A stretch of 60,382 bases of DNA. Origin: Leptospira biflexa. GTDB lineage: Bacteria; Spirochaetota; Leptospiria; Turneriellales; DYLW01. The stretch lies in contig DYOA01000013.1 of NCBI GenBank assembly GCA_020720785.1, forward strand, positions 1 through 60,382, given 5' to 3'. The notes beneath the pieces were generated by a model. That model ran no database searches and was not told the DNA's origin. It saw only the letters and a program-made list of their open reading frames with translations. Each line of letters begins with the position of its first letter. The stretch's first letter is position 1. Positions 59,396-60,382 of the stretch are shown one piece after another. Position numbers and translations under genes: made by a program.

Positions 59396-60382
59396 ATGCA
59401 GGCATTAGCGGTAAAAGATAAAAATGACTCGGATTTTTTTACCGAGGATGAGTCTTATATAATTGAGAATTCAAGAATGGACAACGCATGGGAAAATGAT
59501 ATAATTTCATCCGATGATTTTGATGACCACGAAATCATCGTAATGGATGATAAACCGGAAGGATTAGCTTCCGTTTCTGCCCCTTCACGCTCATCTGACC
59601 GCTTCCATTCCGTGGATATTGATCCCATAGAAAATGAAACCCTTATTTTGGAAAATGATGATCTGGTTCCACCCTCGGCCGGTGACCAACATCGCAGGAA
59701 TCTGGATACCCTGGCTGATATTAATCAGGATGACTCTCCAAGCCAGGATTATGCCGCTTTGCTGGAGGAACTTCACAGAGAAGAACTGGATGATATTTTA
59801 GCGGATACCGAGCTGGATCTTCTGTCCGTTTCCCATTATCATACAAATGACAGTTTGGATGACCCATACCGGGATGATGAAACTGAAATTGAATTAATTG
59901 AGCCGGAACCCATTGACATTGACGAATTTTCTGAACTGGAAGAAAAGGTCTTTCAGCAAAAAAATATTAAGACTACGGGCATAGATTCCCTGGGTGATAT
60001 TGCCGATGACATCCAGTTTGACAGTGATGATGAATTTAATCTGAACGATGACGATGCGGGAAATAATCTATCCTCGCCATTGGAGTCAACATTTTTTGAT
60101 GGGGATGATGATGCACCGGTTGCACTTTCCGATGATGAGTTAGACCTGATCATTGATGATGCGAGTGATGATATCATTACCATAGATGATGACTCGCCTT
60201 CCCATGCTGATTTTTTTGAGGACAATCCGGCCGACCAACCGGTGGCCCTATCCGATGAAGAGTTGCAGGGCATACTGGAGGAAGCCGGAGATCCGAGTGA
60301 TTTTTCCGAGGATGGAAAAGACCACGATTTTTTTATTGATGATACCGATGAAGAACCCATTGCCCTCTCCGATACCGAATTA
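59396..60382 (+). CDS. very acidic repeat protein, 3'-truncated by the window edge (absent from the ORF track)
   Basis: ATG at 59396 after AGGGG; open for 329 codons to the window end; Asp/Glu-rich with P(V/I)ALSD.EL repeats. Confidence 0.85.
   Translation, partial: MQALAVKDKNDSDFFTEDESYIIENSRMDNAWENDIISSDDFDDHEIIVMDDKPEGLASVSAPSRSSDRFHSVDIDPIENETLILENDDLVPPSAGDQHRRNLDTLADINQDDSPSQDYAALLEELHREELDDILADTELDLLSVSHYHTNDSLDDPYRDDETEIELIEPEPIDIDEFSELEEKVFQQKNIKTTGIDSLGDIADDIQFDSDDEFNLNDDDAGNNLSSPLESTFFDGDDDAPVALSDDELDLIIDDASDDIITIDDDSPSHADFFEDNPADQPVALSDEELQGILEEAGDPSDFSEDGKDHDFFIDDTDEEPIALSDTEL

Noticed and set aside
1-60382. Scarcity of CTAG
   Set aside because: Common to very many bacteria and not informative alone

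Overview
Ordinary chromosomal segment (~43% GC by eye) of a free-living spirochaete, most likely Leptospirales. The assignment is inferred from the paired FlaB flagellins, the N-terminal-only GlmU, the degenerate Pth and the 7TM-DISM cyclases/PP2C-TPR signalling proteins. The window is mostly housekeeping (menD, fbaA, panC, polA, lepB, dnaE, gltBD, ispE-tRNAGln-glmU-prs-rplY-pth-tilS) with many signalling genes and one type II toxin-antitoxin pair. The most unusual part is 5.4-8.75 kb. There a divergent Y1/HUH REP-associated tyrosine transposase (RAYT) is surrounded by eight copies of a GGTGACAG(A/T)CAC motif. It is also faced by a near-consensus sigma70 promoter that drives a ~250-nt, highly structured, apparently non-coding RNA. 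The RAYT-fbaA-methyltransferase block is bracketed by a second direct repeat. Other points of interest: window-wide over-representation of CCGG/TCCGGA, a catalytically dead Pth, an acidic protein with FliM-N-like repeats, and an outer-membrane trio with T9SS-tail-like and HhH-like ends. All calls come from reading motifs by eye; no database searches were run.
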